A stretch of 64,000 nucleotides of DNA, taken from positions 64,001-128,000 of the IMG/VR virus record IMGVR_UViG_3300046501_000132; one strand, given 5' to 3'. The notes beneath the pieces are model-generated. The model was given only the letters and a program-made list of their open reading frames with translations, made no database searches and had not been told where the DNA came from. The stretch's first letter is position 1. Every line of letters starts with the position of its first letter. The position numbers were made by a program, and so were the translations under genes. Shown here piece by piece: positions 9,600 to 18,996 of the stretch. This stretch comes from a virus.

Positions 9600-9628
9600 T
9601 TTACTTCTTCATCGTATGTAAGTATAAT
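9600..9628 (+). promoter_or_regulatory. sigma70-type promoter
   Basis: TTTACT-17nt-TATAAT. Confidence 0.75.
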
Positions 9629-9666
9629 CTGTAACTGTAGTCGATACTTACTAACGATGGAGAAAG

Positions 9667-10599
9667 ATGTCGGAATACGGTTTTAAGAGCAAGACAATCC
9701 GTAAGGTACTGCGTACTAAGTTGTCGGATTGGATTAGTTCGATTGATGATGTTGTGCTGAAGCGCCTCCTGGCCCGCGATGTTTTGGTCACAGGAGGCTC
9801 AATTACTTCCATGTTGATGGGGGATGATATCAAGGACTTTGATGTCTACTTCAAGACGGAAGAAACTACAAAGGCGGTGGCTGAATACTACTGCAAGAAG
9901 TTCCTGGAACTGAATCCGGATTATCACGTTACCCCAGAAGTGGTTGTTGATGAAGGCCGTGTGACTATCAAGGTTAGAGGCGACGGCGTTGCTGAGGCGT
10001 TTGATGCTAAAACCACTGATGAATTCACCTACGAGAATGATTTGGGTGAAGGTGGCTCAGATAAGGTTGCTGACTATATTCTGAAGCCACAAGCGACGGA
10101 TGAGGTCAAGAAACAGAAATATCGCCCGGTATTTCTGAGCATGAATGCGATTACCCTATCGGACAAAATCCAGCTGGTGATTCGCTTCTACGGTTCTGCT
10201 GAAGAAATCCACAAGAATTACGACTTCGAACACTGCAAGAACGTCTATGAGTTCTGCGGCGATAAGCTCACGCTGAACGCCAAGGCGATGGAAAGCATCC
10301 TGAGCAAGACTCTGCATTATACGGGTTCGCTCTATCCGATTTGCAGTCTATTCCGTGTTCGCAAGTTCATTGCTCGCGGTTGGCGTATTACGGCGGGAGA
10401 AATCCTGAAGATGGCTTGGCAGGTTAATGATCTTGACCTGAATGATATGAAGGTTGTGAAAGAGCAGCTGACCGGTTGTGATCAACTCTATATGCAGATG
10501 TTGATTGCCACAATGAATAATTCTCTGAAGCTTGAGCCGGATCGTAAGATCGACTCTCTTTATATCGTTGAACTTGTTGATAAGGTGTTTAACGAATGA
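9667..10599 (+). CDS. pol-beta-superfamily nucleotidyltransferase-like protein
   Basis: VTGGSITSML...KDFDVYF (GG/GS..DxD), later YDFEHC and RKFIARGW. Confidence 0.65.
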   Translation: MSEYGFKSKTIRKVLRTKLSDWISSIDDVVLKRLLARDVLVTGGSITSMLMGDDIKDFDVYFKTEETTKAVAEYYCKKFLELNPDYHVTPEVVVDEGRVTIKVRGDGVAEAFDAKTTDEFTYENDLGEGGSDKVADYILKPQATDEVKKQKYRPVFLSMNAITLSDKIQLVIRFYGSAEEIHKNYDFEHCKNVYEFCGDKLTLNAKAMESILSKTLHYTGSLYPICSLFRVRKFIARGWRITAGEILKMAWQVNDLDLNDMKVVKEQLTGCDQLYMQMLIATMNNSLKLEPDRKIDSLYIVELVDKVFNE

Positions 10600-10820
10600 A
10601 CCAAGTATGGATCATCGTCTATCCCGGTGGGGATATGACTAAGCTAACTCTTGCGCTGGCTTGGGATTATGAGTTCGACGAATATTGTCGAGCCTCCCGC
10701 AAGGAATGGAGTTACGAACAAGAGGATGAAGCCATCCGCTATGGTCGTGATCTCGCTAAGGAAAATCGTCTGGAGGCTGTGGGGAAACTCTATAGTCAAG
10801 AAGACAAGTTTTTGGATTGA
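10596..10820 (+). CDS. hypothetical protein
   Basis: 74-aa ORF, ATGA overlap. Confidence 0.65.
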   Translation: MNQVWIIVYPGGDMTKLTLALAWDYEFDEYCRASRKEWSYEQEDEAIRYGRDLAKENRLEAVGKLYSQEDKFLD

Positions 10821-10821
10821 T

Positions 10822-11076
10822 ATGCCGCTGTATGGATTTCAATGCGCAAAATGCGATCATTCTTTCAGTGATGTTTTGAAGGTTGATGATCGCAACAAAC
10901 CGCTAGATGAGCCTTGCCCTAACTGCAAGGAATCGGGAGGCGTTACCAAGACTATTGGAGCGCCTCTCATTGTTTCTGGAGTGGGTGATTTCCGGAAGAA
11001 TGTACCTGATGTTTTCAAGGATCGTTTGCGAGAGATCAAGAAGACATCAGGTAGAGGTTGTACCATCGACGTATGA
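10822..11076 (+). CDS. FmdB-family zinc-ribbon protein
   Basis: MPLYGFQCAKCDHSF...PCPNC. Confidence 0.85.
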   Translation: MPLYGFQCAKCDHSFSDVLKVDDRNKPLDEPCPNCKESGGVTKTIGAPLIVSGVGDFRKNVPDVFKDRLREIKKTSGRGCTIDV

Positions 11077-11396
11077 TGGATTGTGAAGTTTACTCGGACC
11101 TGAGACCGATGATTATTGCTCTAGATTACGACGACACTTACACCCGCGATCCTGAATTTTGGGATCAAGTGGTGGCCCTTGCCAAGTCGCGCGGCCATAT
11201 GGTTGTATGCGCAACAATGCGTTCTAAAGCTGAAGGCACACAGGTTGTCCGTGATCTGTATAGTAAGGTGGATCAAATCTACTTTACTGACCGTAAGGCG
11301 AAGTGGGACTATGTCACCAAGAAGTTGGGGGTGACTCCGAGTGTTTGGATTGACGACAATCCATATCTTATTCTGATGGATGCGAGGAAAGACTGA
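11073..11396 (+). CDS. HAD-superfamily phosphatase (minimal)
   Basis: IALDYDDT, ATMR, K, WIDDNP motifs. Confidence 0.8.
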   Translation: MMDCEVYSDLRPMIIALDYDDTYTRDPEFWDQVVALAKSRGHMVVCATMRSKAEGTQVVRDLYSKVDQIYFTDRKAKWDYVTKKLGVTPSVWIDDNPYLILMDARKD

Positions 11397-11397
11397 A

Positions 11398-11655
11398 ATG
11401 GAAGAACAAATTGTAGAAGTGGTTATTCCCACCGCTGAGGAATTCTCGCTTGAAGTGGAGAATCGCGTGTGGTCGGATAAGGATGAGGATTCGTACATCT
11501 TCCATACGTCCGCGTATCTGGAAGAACTTGGGCTTGATGCTCAAGAAGGTAAGAAGCTGATTAGTCCGTCTCTGCTTGATAAGATTAAGGTTGAGGCTAT
11601 GAATATGAAGCTGCTGAAAGAGCGGAATACCACTAGTTCAGTTCTGGGTTTCTAA
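11398..11655 (+). CDS. late transcription coactivator gp33
   Basis: FSLEVE...LISPSLLDKIKVEA..LLK; upstream of gp32. Confidence 0.75.
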   Translation: MEEQIVEVVIPTAEEFSLEVENRVWSDKDEDSYIFHTSAYLEELGLDAQEGKKLISPSLLDKIKVEAMNMKLLKERNTTSSVLGF

Positions 11656-11803
11656 CACTCCGGTATAATTATGGGTCCGATGTAAAATCGGCGCTCTAAA
11701 TAAAGGTATGCAACGGGAGAAGGTCAGAAGCTCACTAGTTGTTTTGATATCAAGAAAGAATGACGGAAACCTAAATGAAAACATATTTTGAAAGAGTAAT
11801 AAA

Positions 11804-12838
11804 ATGGCAATCGACTTTAACGCACTACGCGCTCGTAAGGGTACCAACTTCCAGTCTCTACAAACAAAGCTAGAAAAGACTGGTCAATCAGGCGGATTCA
11901 AGAAGGATGAACGTCTGTGGAAGCCTACGCGCAATGCAAAGGATAACAAGTCTGTAAACATCATCCGTTTCCTACCTATCGCATACGTTGATGAAGTTGG
12001 CGTGGAAGAAGGTAAGTACAAGGGTGAAGACCTGACCCCTATGGCTAAGATTCTCAAGCATGCCTTCCAAGGTCCCAAGGGATGGTATATCGAGAACAGT
12101 CTACAAACCTTCGGTGAAGATTGTCCTGTTCGTGCCTTCGATGGTCCTCTATGGGGAACTGCGAAGAAGAACAACGACGAAATCCTGAAGAACACTCTCA
12201 AGAAGCGTCTACCGAATACGACTTATTACGCCAACGTTCTGATTATCAAGGATGGTACTAATCCTGAGAACAACGGTAAGGTCATGATCTATGAGTTCGG
12301 TGAGACCGTGCGCAAGCTGCTTGAAAAGTGTAACAAGCCTGAATTTGACACCGATCCGATCTTCGACCCGTTTGATATGTTCGAAGGTGCTGATCTCTTG
12401 CTGAACCTTACTTACACCAAGAAGAAGATTGGTGAGAAGGAATTCGACGTTGCGAACTTTGACAGCGTCCGCTGGGCACCTCCTGCCCCGCTCGCCGGTG
12501 GCGATGAGCAAGAAATGGAACGTATTTGGAAGGCGGAACACTCTATCGCTGACTTCTATGACCGTAAGCACTTCAAGTCTTACGATGATCTGAAGGCCAA
12601 GTATGAAAAGGTTATGGGCCTGACCGACGGTGGTTCTAGCGCGCCTGCTGATACGGGTAAGCCGAAGACCGCTGAGCAAATGCTTAACGAAATGACCGGT
12701 GGTGGTAAGTCTACCGCTGAACCTGCAGAAGCAAAATCTGCGCCGGAACCGTCTGCTGGTAATACGGCAGAACCGGCAAAGCTGGCTGGCGATGACGACA
12801 GCATGGCTGAATTTGAAGCGTTGCTGAAGGGTATGTAA
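11804..12838 (+). CDS. single-stranded DNA-binding protein gp32
   Basis: DERLWKP, IIRFLP, HAFQG..GWYIENSL, YYANVLIIKD..NPENNGKV, acidic tail. Confidence 0.95.
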   Translation: MAIDFNALRARKGTNFQSLQTKLEKTGQSGGFKKDERLWKPTRNAKDNKSVNIIRFLPIAYVDEVGVEEGKYKGEDLTPMAKILKHAFQGPKGWYIENSLQTFGEDCPVRAFDGPLWGTAKKNNDEILKNTLKKRLPNTTYYANVLIIKDGTNPENNGKVMIYEFGETVRKLLEKCNKPEFDTDPIFDPFDMFEGADLLLNLTYTKKKIGEKEFDVANFDSVRWAPPAPLAGGDEQEMERIWKAEHSIADFYDRKHFKSYDDLKAKYEKVMGLTDGGSSAPADTGKPKTAEQMLNEMTGGGKSTAEPAEAKSAPEPSAGNTAEPAKLAGDDDSMAEFEALLKGM

Positions 12839-12842
12839 TCAG

Positions 12843-12873
12843 AAAGGGTCGCCTGAAAGGGTGGCCCTTTTTT
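12843..12873 (+). terminator. intrinsic terminator
   Basis: AAAGGGTCGCCT-GAAA-GGGTGGCCCTTTTTT. Confidence 0.8.
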
Positions 12874-12914
12874 ACGTTTCCATAGTATAATAAAGACATC
12901 GTTATGGAGAATAT

Positions 12915-13523
12915 ATGTTTACCCTTGCAGTGGATGTTGATTTGACGGTTGTCGATACGCTGACTCCGTGGATGGAATGGTTTAAGCAATATACAGATGA
13001 GCCTGTGAAGAATGAGGACAAGGCTTATAATCTTGATCCGGAAATGCGTGTGATTCTGGCTCGTGCCGGTCGTTCCGATGTTGATCCAGTTGCATATTGG
13101 AAGAAGCCTGACCTATATGATAATCTGGATCCGATTCCAGGAGCGGTGGAGAATCTCAAGTATATCAGCGATAACTACAACGTAGCTGTAGTATTCGCCA
13201 GTACCTGCTTCCCGGAACATACCGCTTCCAAAGAACGCTTGATCAAGCGTTGCTTTCCTTTCGCAGATGGGTTTATCGCCACCCACGATAAGCATTTTAT
13301 CGGTTACGATGCTCTGATCGACGATAAGTTGCATCATATGCAGATGGGTCGTTTTTTCCGACCGAAAGCTCAGCATATTATCTTCACTGGAGTCCGCGCA
13401 GATGGGACGGACATCGACAGGTTGCCTTTGACCAAGATGAAAGATTGGAACAAGTTGGAACGAATTCTGGATCATACACGTCCCGCCAGCCGCTTTACTC
13501 CTGCCTTCGCATACGCTACTTGA
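12915..13523 (+). CDS. 5'(3')-deoxyribonucleotidase (HAD, NT5C-like)
   Basis: AVDVDLTVVD, LYDNLDPIPGA, LIDD. Confidence 0.8.
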   Translation: MFTLAVDVDLTVVDTLTPWMEWFKQYTDEPVKNEDKAYNLDPEMRVILARAGRSDVDPVAYWKKPDLYDNLDPIPGAVENLKYISDNYNVAVVFASTCFPEHTASKERLIKRCFPFADGFIATHDKHFIGYDALIDDKLHHMQMGRFFRPKAQHIIFTGVRADGTDIDRLPLTKMKDWNKLERILDHTRPASRFTPAFAYAT

Positions 13524-13574
13524 TATGAATGCTGTTAGGCTAAATTTAGTTTTCTAGCCTACAAGGGATTATAA

Positions 13575-14642
13575 ATGAAGAACCGAGCAAAAGACGTATT
13601 GTATTGTGGTGTGGATATGCACCGAATCCTCAACGCGAAGCCGACTCTGAACACTGAAGTCTTGGCGAGTCTGTATGAGTTCGTCAAGGATCGATATGAA
13701 ATTCACAAGAAGAAGGATGTGGAGAAGCTGCCAGCTCCATGGACGACCAATCCTATCTTCCTTCAGGTGAAGTTCACGAACGTCCGCCGCGAGCATGATC
13801 GTGAGTCGCGTAACGTGATTGAGAACATTTGTTCCAAGACTGGGTATAGTCTGAAGGATCGATTCTTCAATATCATCCTGATGCGCTTCTGGAACAAATT
13901 TGAATCATATCGCCTAGCCACTGGCGGTCAGATGCTAAAGTTCCCGTTGAGCGATGAGGACTTCGCTGCTTGTAATAAGCGCATCGAAGACAATCCTGAC
14001 CATACCTGGTGGAGCGGCGCGTACTATACCTGCCCGGTGCGCAGCTGGATGGAACGGATTCATTTCAAGAAGGAAGTCCCGACTGACGAACTGAACTTCA
14101 GCCAGTCGCCAATCTATTTTGCTAAGTATGCGCTTACCGACGAACTGTGGGCGGATATGGAAGCCGCGAAGTCTCCACTAGAGTTGTTCGAGCGTCTGAC
14201 GTCGATTCCTTGGATGGGCAAGTTCCTGGTTTATCAGTGGTTCGTGGACTTCACATACTGCGAGGATTACTGGTTCAGCGAGAATGAGTTCACAATCTCC
14301 GGTCCTGGATGTACGAAGGGTATCAACCTGTTGTTCGAGGATCGGGATGGAATGACGCACGAGGAATGTCTATTCTGGATGCGAAATAACCAGATGGATA
14401 TGTTCGGTCGATTCGGTTACAATCCGAATGAGCTGTTCAACGATCTTCCGGATCACGATCGTTTCATCAATATCATGTCTTTCGAGAACTTGATGTGTGA
14501 ACTTCAGAAGTATATGAAGGGCGTTGAGGCCGTCAAGACTGGAAAGAAGCCGCGCGGAAAAAGCTCTTATGATGGAAGTGGGGCAAAGGTCGCTAAGAAA
14601 GCGAAGAAGGTTGAACCAGTTGTGAACCTGTTTGATATCTAA
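13575..14642 (+). CDS. aGPT-Pplase1-family (amino acid:DNA transferase-like) base-hypermodification enzyme
   Basis: PWTTNPIF..KFTNVRREHDR, FLVYQWFVDFTY..FSENEF..GPG..KG, ENLMCELQKY. Confidence 0.8.
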   Translation: MKNRAKDVLYCGVDMHRILNAKPTLNTEVLASLYEFVKDRYEIHKKKDVEKLPAPWTTNPIFLQVKFTNVRREHDRESRNVIENICSKTGYSLKDRFFNIILMRFWNKFESYRLATGGQMLKFPLSDEDFAACNKRIEDNPDHTWWSGAYYTCPVRSWMERIHFKKEVPTDELNFSQSPIYFAKYALTDELWADMEAAKSPLELFERLTSIPWMGKFLVYQWFVDFTYCEDYWFSENEFTISGPGCTKGINLLFEDRDGMTHEECLFWMRNNQMDMFGRFGYNPNELFNDLPDHDRFINIMSFENLMCELQKYMKGVEAVKTGKKPRGKSSYDGSGAKVAKKAKKVEPVVNLFDI

Positions 14643-14643
14643 T

Positions 14644-14814
14644 ATGAAAAAACTTCTGCTTGCTTTTGTAATGATCGCCGCTATGGGATCAATTAGTGGT
14701 TGCGTTGTAGCCCCGGCTCCTGCGTACCGTCCTGCCTACGTGACACAACCTTATTACTATCCGCACCAACGACCACCGGTGTACTACCATCACCGTCACC
14801 ACTATCGTTGGTAA
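14644..14814 (+). CDS. small Pro/Tyr/His-rich lipoprotein
   Basis: MKK + hydrophobic core + lipobox ISGC. Confidence 0.7.
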   Translation: MKKLLLAFVMIAAMGSISGCVVAPAPAYRPAYVTQPYYYPHQRPPVYYHHRHHYRW

Positions 14815-14836
14815 TCATTAACTAGGAATTGATTAA

Positions 14837-15436
14837 TTGAGTAAATCGCCATTTCAAGATCACTTTGCAGTGATCGATCTAGAAACCCTGGCAGCAGGAA
14901 GTGACGCCCCCATTCTGTCTCTAGGGTTGACAGTTGGTCGTTACGACGACACGGATCAGTCGTTCGACACGCTTATCGCGGGTGGACTATACCTGAAGTT
15001 CAATCTGAAGGAACAACTGGAGAAAGGTCGCAAACCTTCTGAGCGGGTAGTTAACTGGTGGTATCAGCAAGACGCCACGGCAAAGAAAGTTCTGGGTCCG
15101 GACCCGGCTAATGAAGTCTCGCTGTATGACATCAAAAGTCATCTGCTGAACTTCTTCCAATCTAAAGGATTGGATATCAAGCAGATCGATCTATATGACC
15201 GTAACTGCTTCGATATTTCCAAACTTCAGTATCTGGTTGAAGAGGAACTGAAGGAAGATGTGTTTTGGAATTATCATCAAACCTTCGACATCCCCACTGC
15301 TTTCCGATTCCTGGGTTTTGATCGTTACGGGGGTGTGCGTGTCTCGGACATCACTGGCGCGGTATACCACAATGCTCTTCACGACGCAGCCGTTGATCAA
15401 CTGCGTATCTATAAATGTCTACATTCTGAAGTATAA
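14837..15436 (+). CDS. DEDDh 3'-5' exonuclease (DexA-like)
   Basis: IDLETL, FDI, HNALHDA. Confidence 0.85.
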   Translation: MSKSPFQDHFAVIDLETLAAGSDAPILSLGLTVGRYDDTDQSFDTLIAGGLYLKFNLKEQLEKGRKPSERVVNWWYQQDATAKKVLGPDPANEVSLYDIKSHLLNFFQSKGLDIKQIDLYDRNCFDISKLQYLVEEELKEDVFWNYHQTFDIPTAFRFLGFDRYGGVRVSDITGAVYHNALHDAAVDQLRIYKCLHSEV

Positions 15437-15721
15437 ATGAATAGGAAACATCTTGGATCAATCAATCGTCTTGCCAATATGCATCGGGATCGCCTTCCTG
15501 GTAATGGTGCTAGGAGCGTATATCCAACTGCGGATTCTGGAGAAACACAAAGACAAATATTGGAGAGACGTGCAAAAGCATGTATGGGCGATGAAGAATA
15601 TGAGAGGCGGCAAACTGCGGCGAAGGAAGTGAAGCACTGCATCATGCCGCTACCTAAGTCAAATTACATCGTCGTGACAGACGCTAGTATGATTAAGCAG
15701 ATGGGAAAGAAAGTGGTGTGA
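15437..15721 (+). CDS. hypothetical protein
   Basis: 94-aa ORF abutting the exonuclease. Confidence 0.7.
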   Translation: MNRKHLGSINRLANMHRDRLPGNGARSVYPTADSGETQRQILERRAKACMGDEEYERRQTAAKEVKHCIMPLPKSNYIVVTDASMIKQMGKKVV

Positions 15722-15789
15722 CCCGTTCTCCGGTCTAAATTAATATAGGGAGTAAGAAAAGCCCTAGACAATTTAACCGGAGAATTGTA

Positions 15790-16413
15790 ATGAAGTACAC
15801 CAAAGAAGTTAAACCAGCAAGAGCGTCGGTGCCGGTGGTGTTGGCATCCCCAGACGTCAAATCATATTCTCCGATTGGGTATGAATCCCCATCGGTCCCG
15901 CCTGTCGTAATGTATATCTACGATGAGATTGGACCCGAAGTTGATTATGTAGATTTCGTGCACTCCCTGCGTTATGCTCCGGCCGGCCAGGATATCACCA
16001 TCCACATCAACTCCCCAGGCGGTAATCTAAATTCTTGCCTCTCCATTATCAATGCGATCGCAGCCTCTGAGGCTAACATCACAACGGTTGTGGATGGCGA
16101 AGCGGCCAGCGCAGCGGCTATGATTTGGCTAGCAGGTCATGCGAAACTGATCGCCTCTAGACATACGTTGGTTATGCTCCACGGGGCAAGCGTAGGCTAC
16201 AACCCTTCTAAAACTTCGGACATCGTGAATAGCACTAGCGCCACAAACAAGATTGTTGAGGCTTTACTAGATGAACTAACCGTTGATGTCCTGACGGAAC
16301 AAGAACGCGGAGACATCCGCAAGGGCGTGGACATCTACCTCACCGGTGGAGAACTAATCGACCGACTGTCTCTTGGCGAACAAGAGGAATATCCACAAGT
16401 TGACAATACTTAA
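15790..16413 (+). CDS. ClpP-like serine protease
   Basis: IHINSPGG, AASAA (catalytic Ser), MLH. Confidence 0.85.
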   Translation: MKYTKEVKPARASVPVVLASPDVKSYSPIGYESPSVPPVVMYIYDEIGPEVDYVDFVHSLRYAPAGQDITIHINSPGGNLNSCLSIINAIAASEANITTVVDGEAASAAAMIWLAGHAKLIASRHTLVMLHGASVGYNPSKTSDIVNSTSATNKIVEALLDELTVDVLTEQERGDIRKGVDIYLTGGELIDRLSLGEQEEYPQVDNT

Positions 16414-16894
16414 AGCAAAGTTTGCTTTCGCGCACGCGAAAGCAGCACGTAACTACGCAGATGAACTATCATATTGCGTACGCCGAAAGGTAGGCGCTGT
16501 TATTGTAAAAGATGACAGCATCATTTCTTTCGGCTACAACGGTATGCCATCAGGCGAACCGAACGTTTGTGAATTGGCAGACGGTTCAACAAATCCTAGA
16601 GTCAGACATGCAGAGATTAATGCTTTGCGTAAACTGATCCGGTCTAGTGAATCATCAATTGGTTCCATAATGTTTGTTACAGATTCCCCATGTCCCAACT
16701 GTGCTATTGAGATTGCGGAATCCGGAGTTGCGGCAGTTGTTTTTGAGCGCGAATACAGCGATGTTTCAGGTATCATACACCTATTGAACAAAGAAGTCAA
16801 AGTATATCGTGTTGATACGGAAGAACGGATTATTTGTAGGGTGATGGGCCACAACCTCACCGGCTCATATGAAGTCGATAGTATCATGTGTTAA
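16373..16894 (+). CDS. dCMP deaminase
   Basis: SYCVRRKVGAVIV, GYNG, HAEINAL, PCPNC; start codon uncertain. Confidence 0.9.
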   Translation: MANKRNIHKLTILKAKFAFAHAKAARNYADELSYCVRRKVGAVIVKDDSIISFGYNGMPSGEPNVCELADGSTNPRVRHAEINALRKLIRSSESSIGSIMFVTDSPCPNCAIEIAESGVAAVVFEREYSDVSGIIHLLNKEVKVYRVDTEERIICRVMGHNLTGSYEVDSIMC

Positions 16895-16926
16895 TTAAGG
16901 TCGAATTTGACCTCCCATTTTAAGGA

Positions 16927-17721
16927 TTGGATATGGGAAAGAAGACTCGTGCCCCGCGTGCTGCTGCTCGTCGGGGAGGCAGGGAAGAATATGATCCACG
17001 CGGTTTGATCCGGGATAAACGAGGCGCGTTGCTAACGCCTGAAGAAATCCAGGATGCTCACAGACCGCAACCACGCACCCGGAATTTCCATTTGGAACCG
17101 AAGAATGATCGCCAAGATGCTATGATCAATGCGATTAACAACAGCGAAATCGTTGTTGCTGAGGCTCCTGCCGGTTGTGGTAAGACTTATATCTCAGGCG
17201 GTATGGCCGCCAAATTCCTGGCCGAAGGGCTTGTTGATAGAATCATCCTAACGCGTGCAAACGTCCATGTAGGTAAAACTCTTGGTATGTTGCCCGGCTC
17301 CGTCACCGATAAGATGGAACCTCTGCTAGCTCCAATCCTGGCAGTCCTACGTGAACGGATGGGTGATGGCGCATATGCTTACAATCTAGCTAAAGGCAAG
17401 ATTGTGATGCAGCCGCTGGAGTATATTCGGGGTAACTCGTTCAAGGATAGCTTCATTATTATTGATGAAGCCCAGAACTTGACGGTTGATGAAGTACAAG
17501 CATTGATTACACGTTATGAATCAGGGCGTATTCTGTTCCTTGGTGATAATTTCCAGACCGATATCAAGGGACAGAATGGACTTGATTGGCTTGAGAAGTT
17601 TGCTCAACGACATAACTTGAACTATCCGGTTATCAAGTTTGGTCTAGAGCATATCGTGCGTAGTTCGCTTGTGCGTGAATTTCTCGTCGCACTATACAAA
17701 GAAAAGGGCATGACGACCTAA
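16927..17721 (+). CDS. phoH: PhoH-family ATPase
   Basis: APAGCGKT, LGMLPG, YIRG, IIIDEAQN, GD..Q.D, IVRS. Confidence 0.92.
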   Translation: MDMGKKTRAPRAAARRGGREEYDPRGLIRDKRGALLTPEEIQDAHRPQPRTRNFHLEPKNDRQDAMINAINNSEIVVAEAPAGCGKTYISGGMAAKFLAEGLVDRIILTRANVHVGKTLGMLPGSVTDKMEPLLAPILAVLRERMGDGAYAYNLAKGKIVMQPLEYIRGNSFKDSFIIIDEAQNLTVDEVQALITRYESGRILFLGDNFQTDIKGQNGLDWLEKFAQRHNLNYPVIKFGLEHIVRSSLVREFLVALYKEKGMTT

Positions 17722-17724
17722 AAG

Positions 17725-17751
17725 AAAATGCCTCCCAAAGGGAGGCATTTG
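17725..17751. terminator. bidirectional terminator
   Basis: AAATGCCTCCC-AAA-GGGAGGCATTT between convergent genes. Confidence 0.75.
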
Positions 17752-17752
17752 A

Positions 17753-18364
17753 TTATCTAGATTTGCATTTGTCTCCGTGCCACCGATTGAACATACCTGG
17801 TGCGGCAGTCTTACCGCAGTGGGGACATTCAATCCTGACTCTGTTTTTAGCAGCTTCAGACATTTCTTTGCGTCGTTCTTCAGAGAAGGTTTTACCGAAG
17901 TTGGGATTGTTCACTCCCTTTAAACTATCGCTGATCTTCTGTTTGGTGTTTTCGCTTTGGGTAGTTCCTTTGCGATATTCCGACATCTTAGCTTTTGATT
18001 CTTCTGTATGTTTGGGTTTGCGCATTTTCTGTTTAGCTTCCTCTGTATGGCAGTCGATTTTGAAGCGAGCCTTGCCGTGATAACAGCTACGGTTCAAGCA
18101 TAGCGGACTATCGAAATCCTCAGATATTAGTTTTTGTTCAAAATCATATGCGTCATTTCCGGCTTTTGTTCTATCGGGATCAGTAAATTCTGAGATAACA
18201 GCCCAATCGAAATTTTCGAAGCCGAGTTCAATAACGTCTCTAGATGAGGTAAAATATTTGTGACCTAAGTCTTTATGAGCAGGATCAATATTCTTTTTCC
18301 TGAAGCCTATGTAGAATTCTCCGGTATCGCGGTGGATTCCTTTATATACGTATGGGTAGTTCAT
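17753..18364 (-). mobile_element. free-standing homing endonuclease (GIY-YIG-like with NUMOD3 repeats)
   Basis: YVY..FYIG, YFTSS, HTEE.K.KM repeats, NPNFGK, CPHCGK..RWHGDKC; opposite orientation; late-type CTAAATA upstream. Confidence 0.8.
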
Positions 18365-18440
18365 TATTATCTCCTTCTAATATATTTAGAAGTTGACTGA
18401 GCTGTATAACAAGAAGTAAGAAACATCTTAGGGGAACATC

Positions 18441-18530
18441 ATGAGCAGCACACAGGCTTTCTTTTATCTTGGATATTGGGTGGTATTGATTGTTGCAGTA
18501 TGGGCTGGAGTTTACTTGTATGAGAAATAA
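18441..18530 (+). CDS. 29-aa single-pass membrane peptide (not in ORF track)
   Basis: MSSTQAFFYLGYWVVLIVAVWAGVYLYEK with AGGGGA RBS. Confidence 0.45.
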   Translation: MSSTQAFFYLGYWVVLIVAVWAGVYLYEK

Positions 18531-18577
18531 CAAAGACCTTCGACCCTATCATTGATGTGATCTACAAAGTAAAACTG

Positions 18578-18603
18578 AGCCGCCCTTCGGGGCGGCTTTT
18601 TTT
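18578..18603 (+). terminator. intrinsic terminator with UUCG loop
   Basis: AGCCGCCC-TTCG-GGGCGGCT followed by a T run. Confidence 0.85.
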
Positions 18604-18608
18604 GCGTT

Positions 18609-18614
18609 TAAATA
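18609..18614 (+). promoter_or_regulatory. late promoter core TAAATA
   Basis: TAAATA before the gp5 operon; the same hexamer precedes other structural genes. Confidence 0.6.
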
Positions 18615-18645
18615 CTAAGTATATGATTACCACTGTGAGGATATT

Positions 18646-18996
18646 ATGAAAGATTTACGCGACAAGAACCTGGACATCATTATCATGCACCGTGGTACTG
18701 ATGCTACGCACGAATTCCACTATACACTAGACAGCGGCTCAACTTTCGTACCGAGCCTATATACTATTCGGTGTGAAGGTCGTCTAGCCTATGCAAATGA
18801 GACCAAAGACTTTGAGTTTCCTGTGACAGAAGTCCTTGATGAAGATGACGTTAGTACGTTAGTGATTACTTTCCCAGCGTCGATTGTAACATCTAACATT
18901 CGAGAACAAAAGATTTACTACAAGGTATTCGCTACCCGTAACGTTGAAGGCGGTGAAACTATTGTTGTGAACTACGGCGAAGTGTGGCTTAAATAA
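18646..18996 (+). CDS. hypothetical protein, probably virion/baseplate
   Basis: first ORF of the late operon containing gp5 and gp25. Confidence 0.7.
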   Translation: MKDLRDKNLDIIIMHRGTDATHEFHYTLDSGSTFVPSLYTIRCEGRLAYANETKDFEFPVTEVLDEDDVSTLVITFPASIVTSNIREQKIYYKVFATRNVEGGETIVVNYGEVWLK

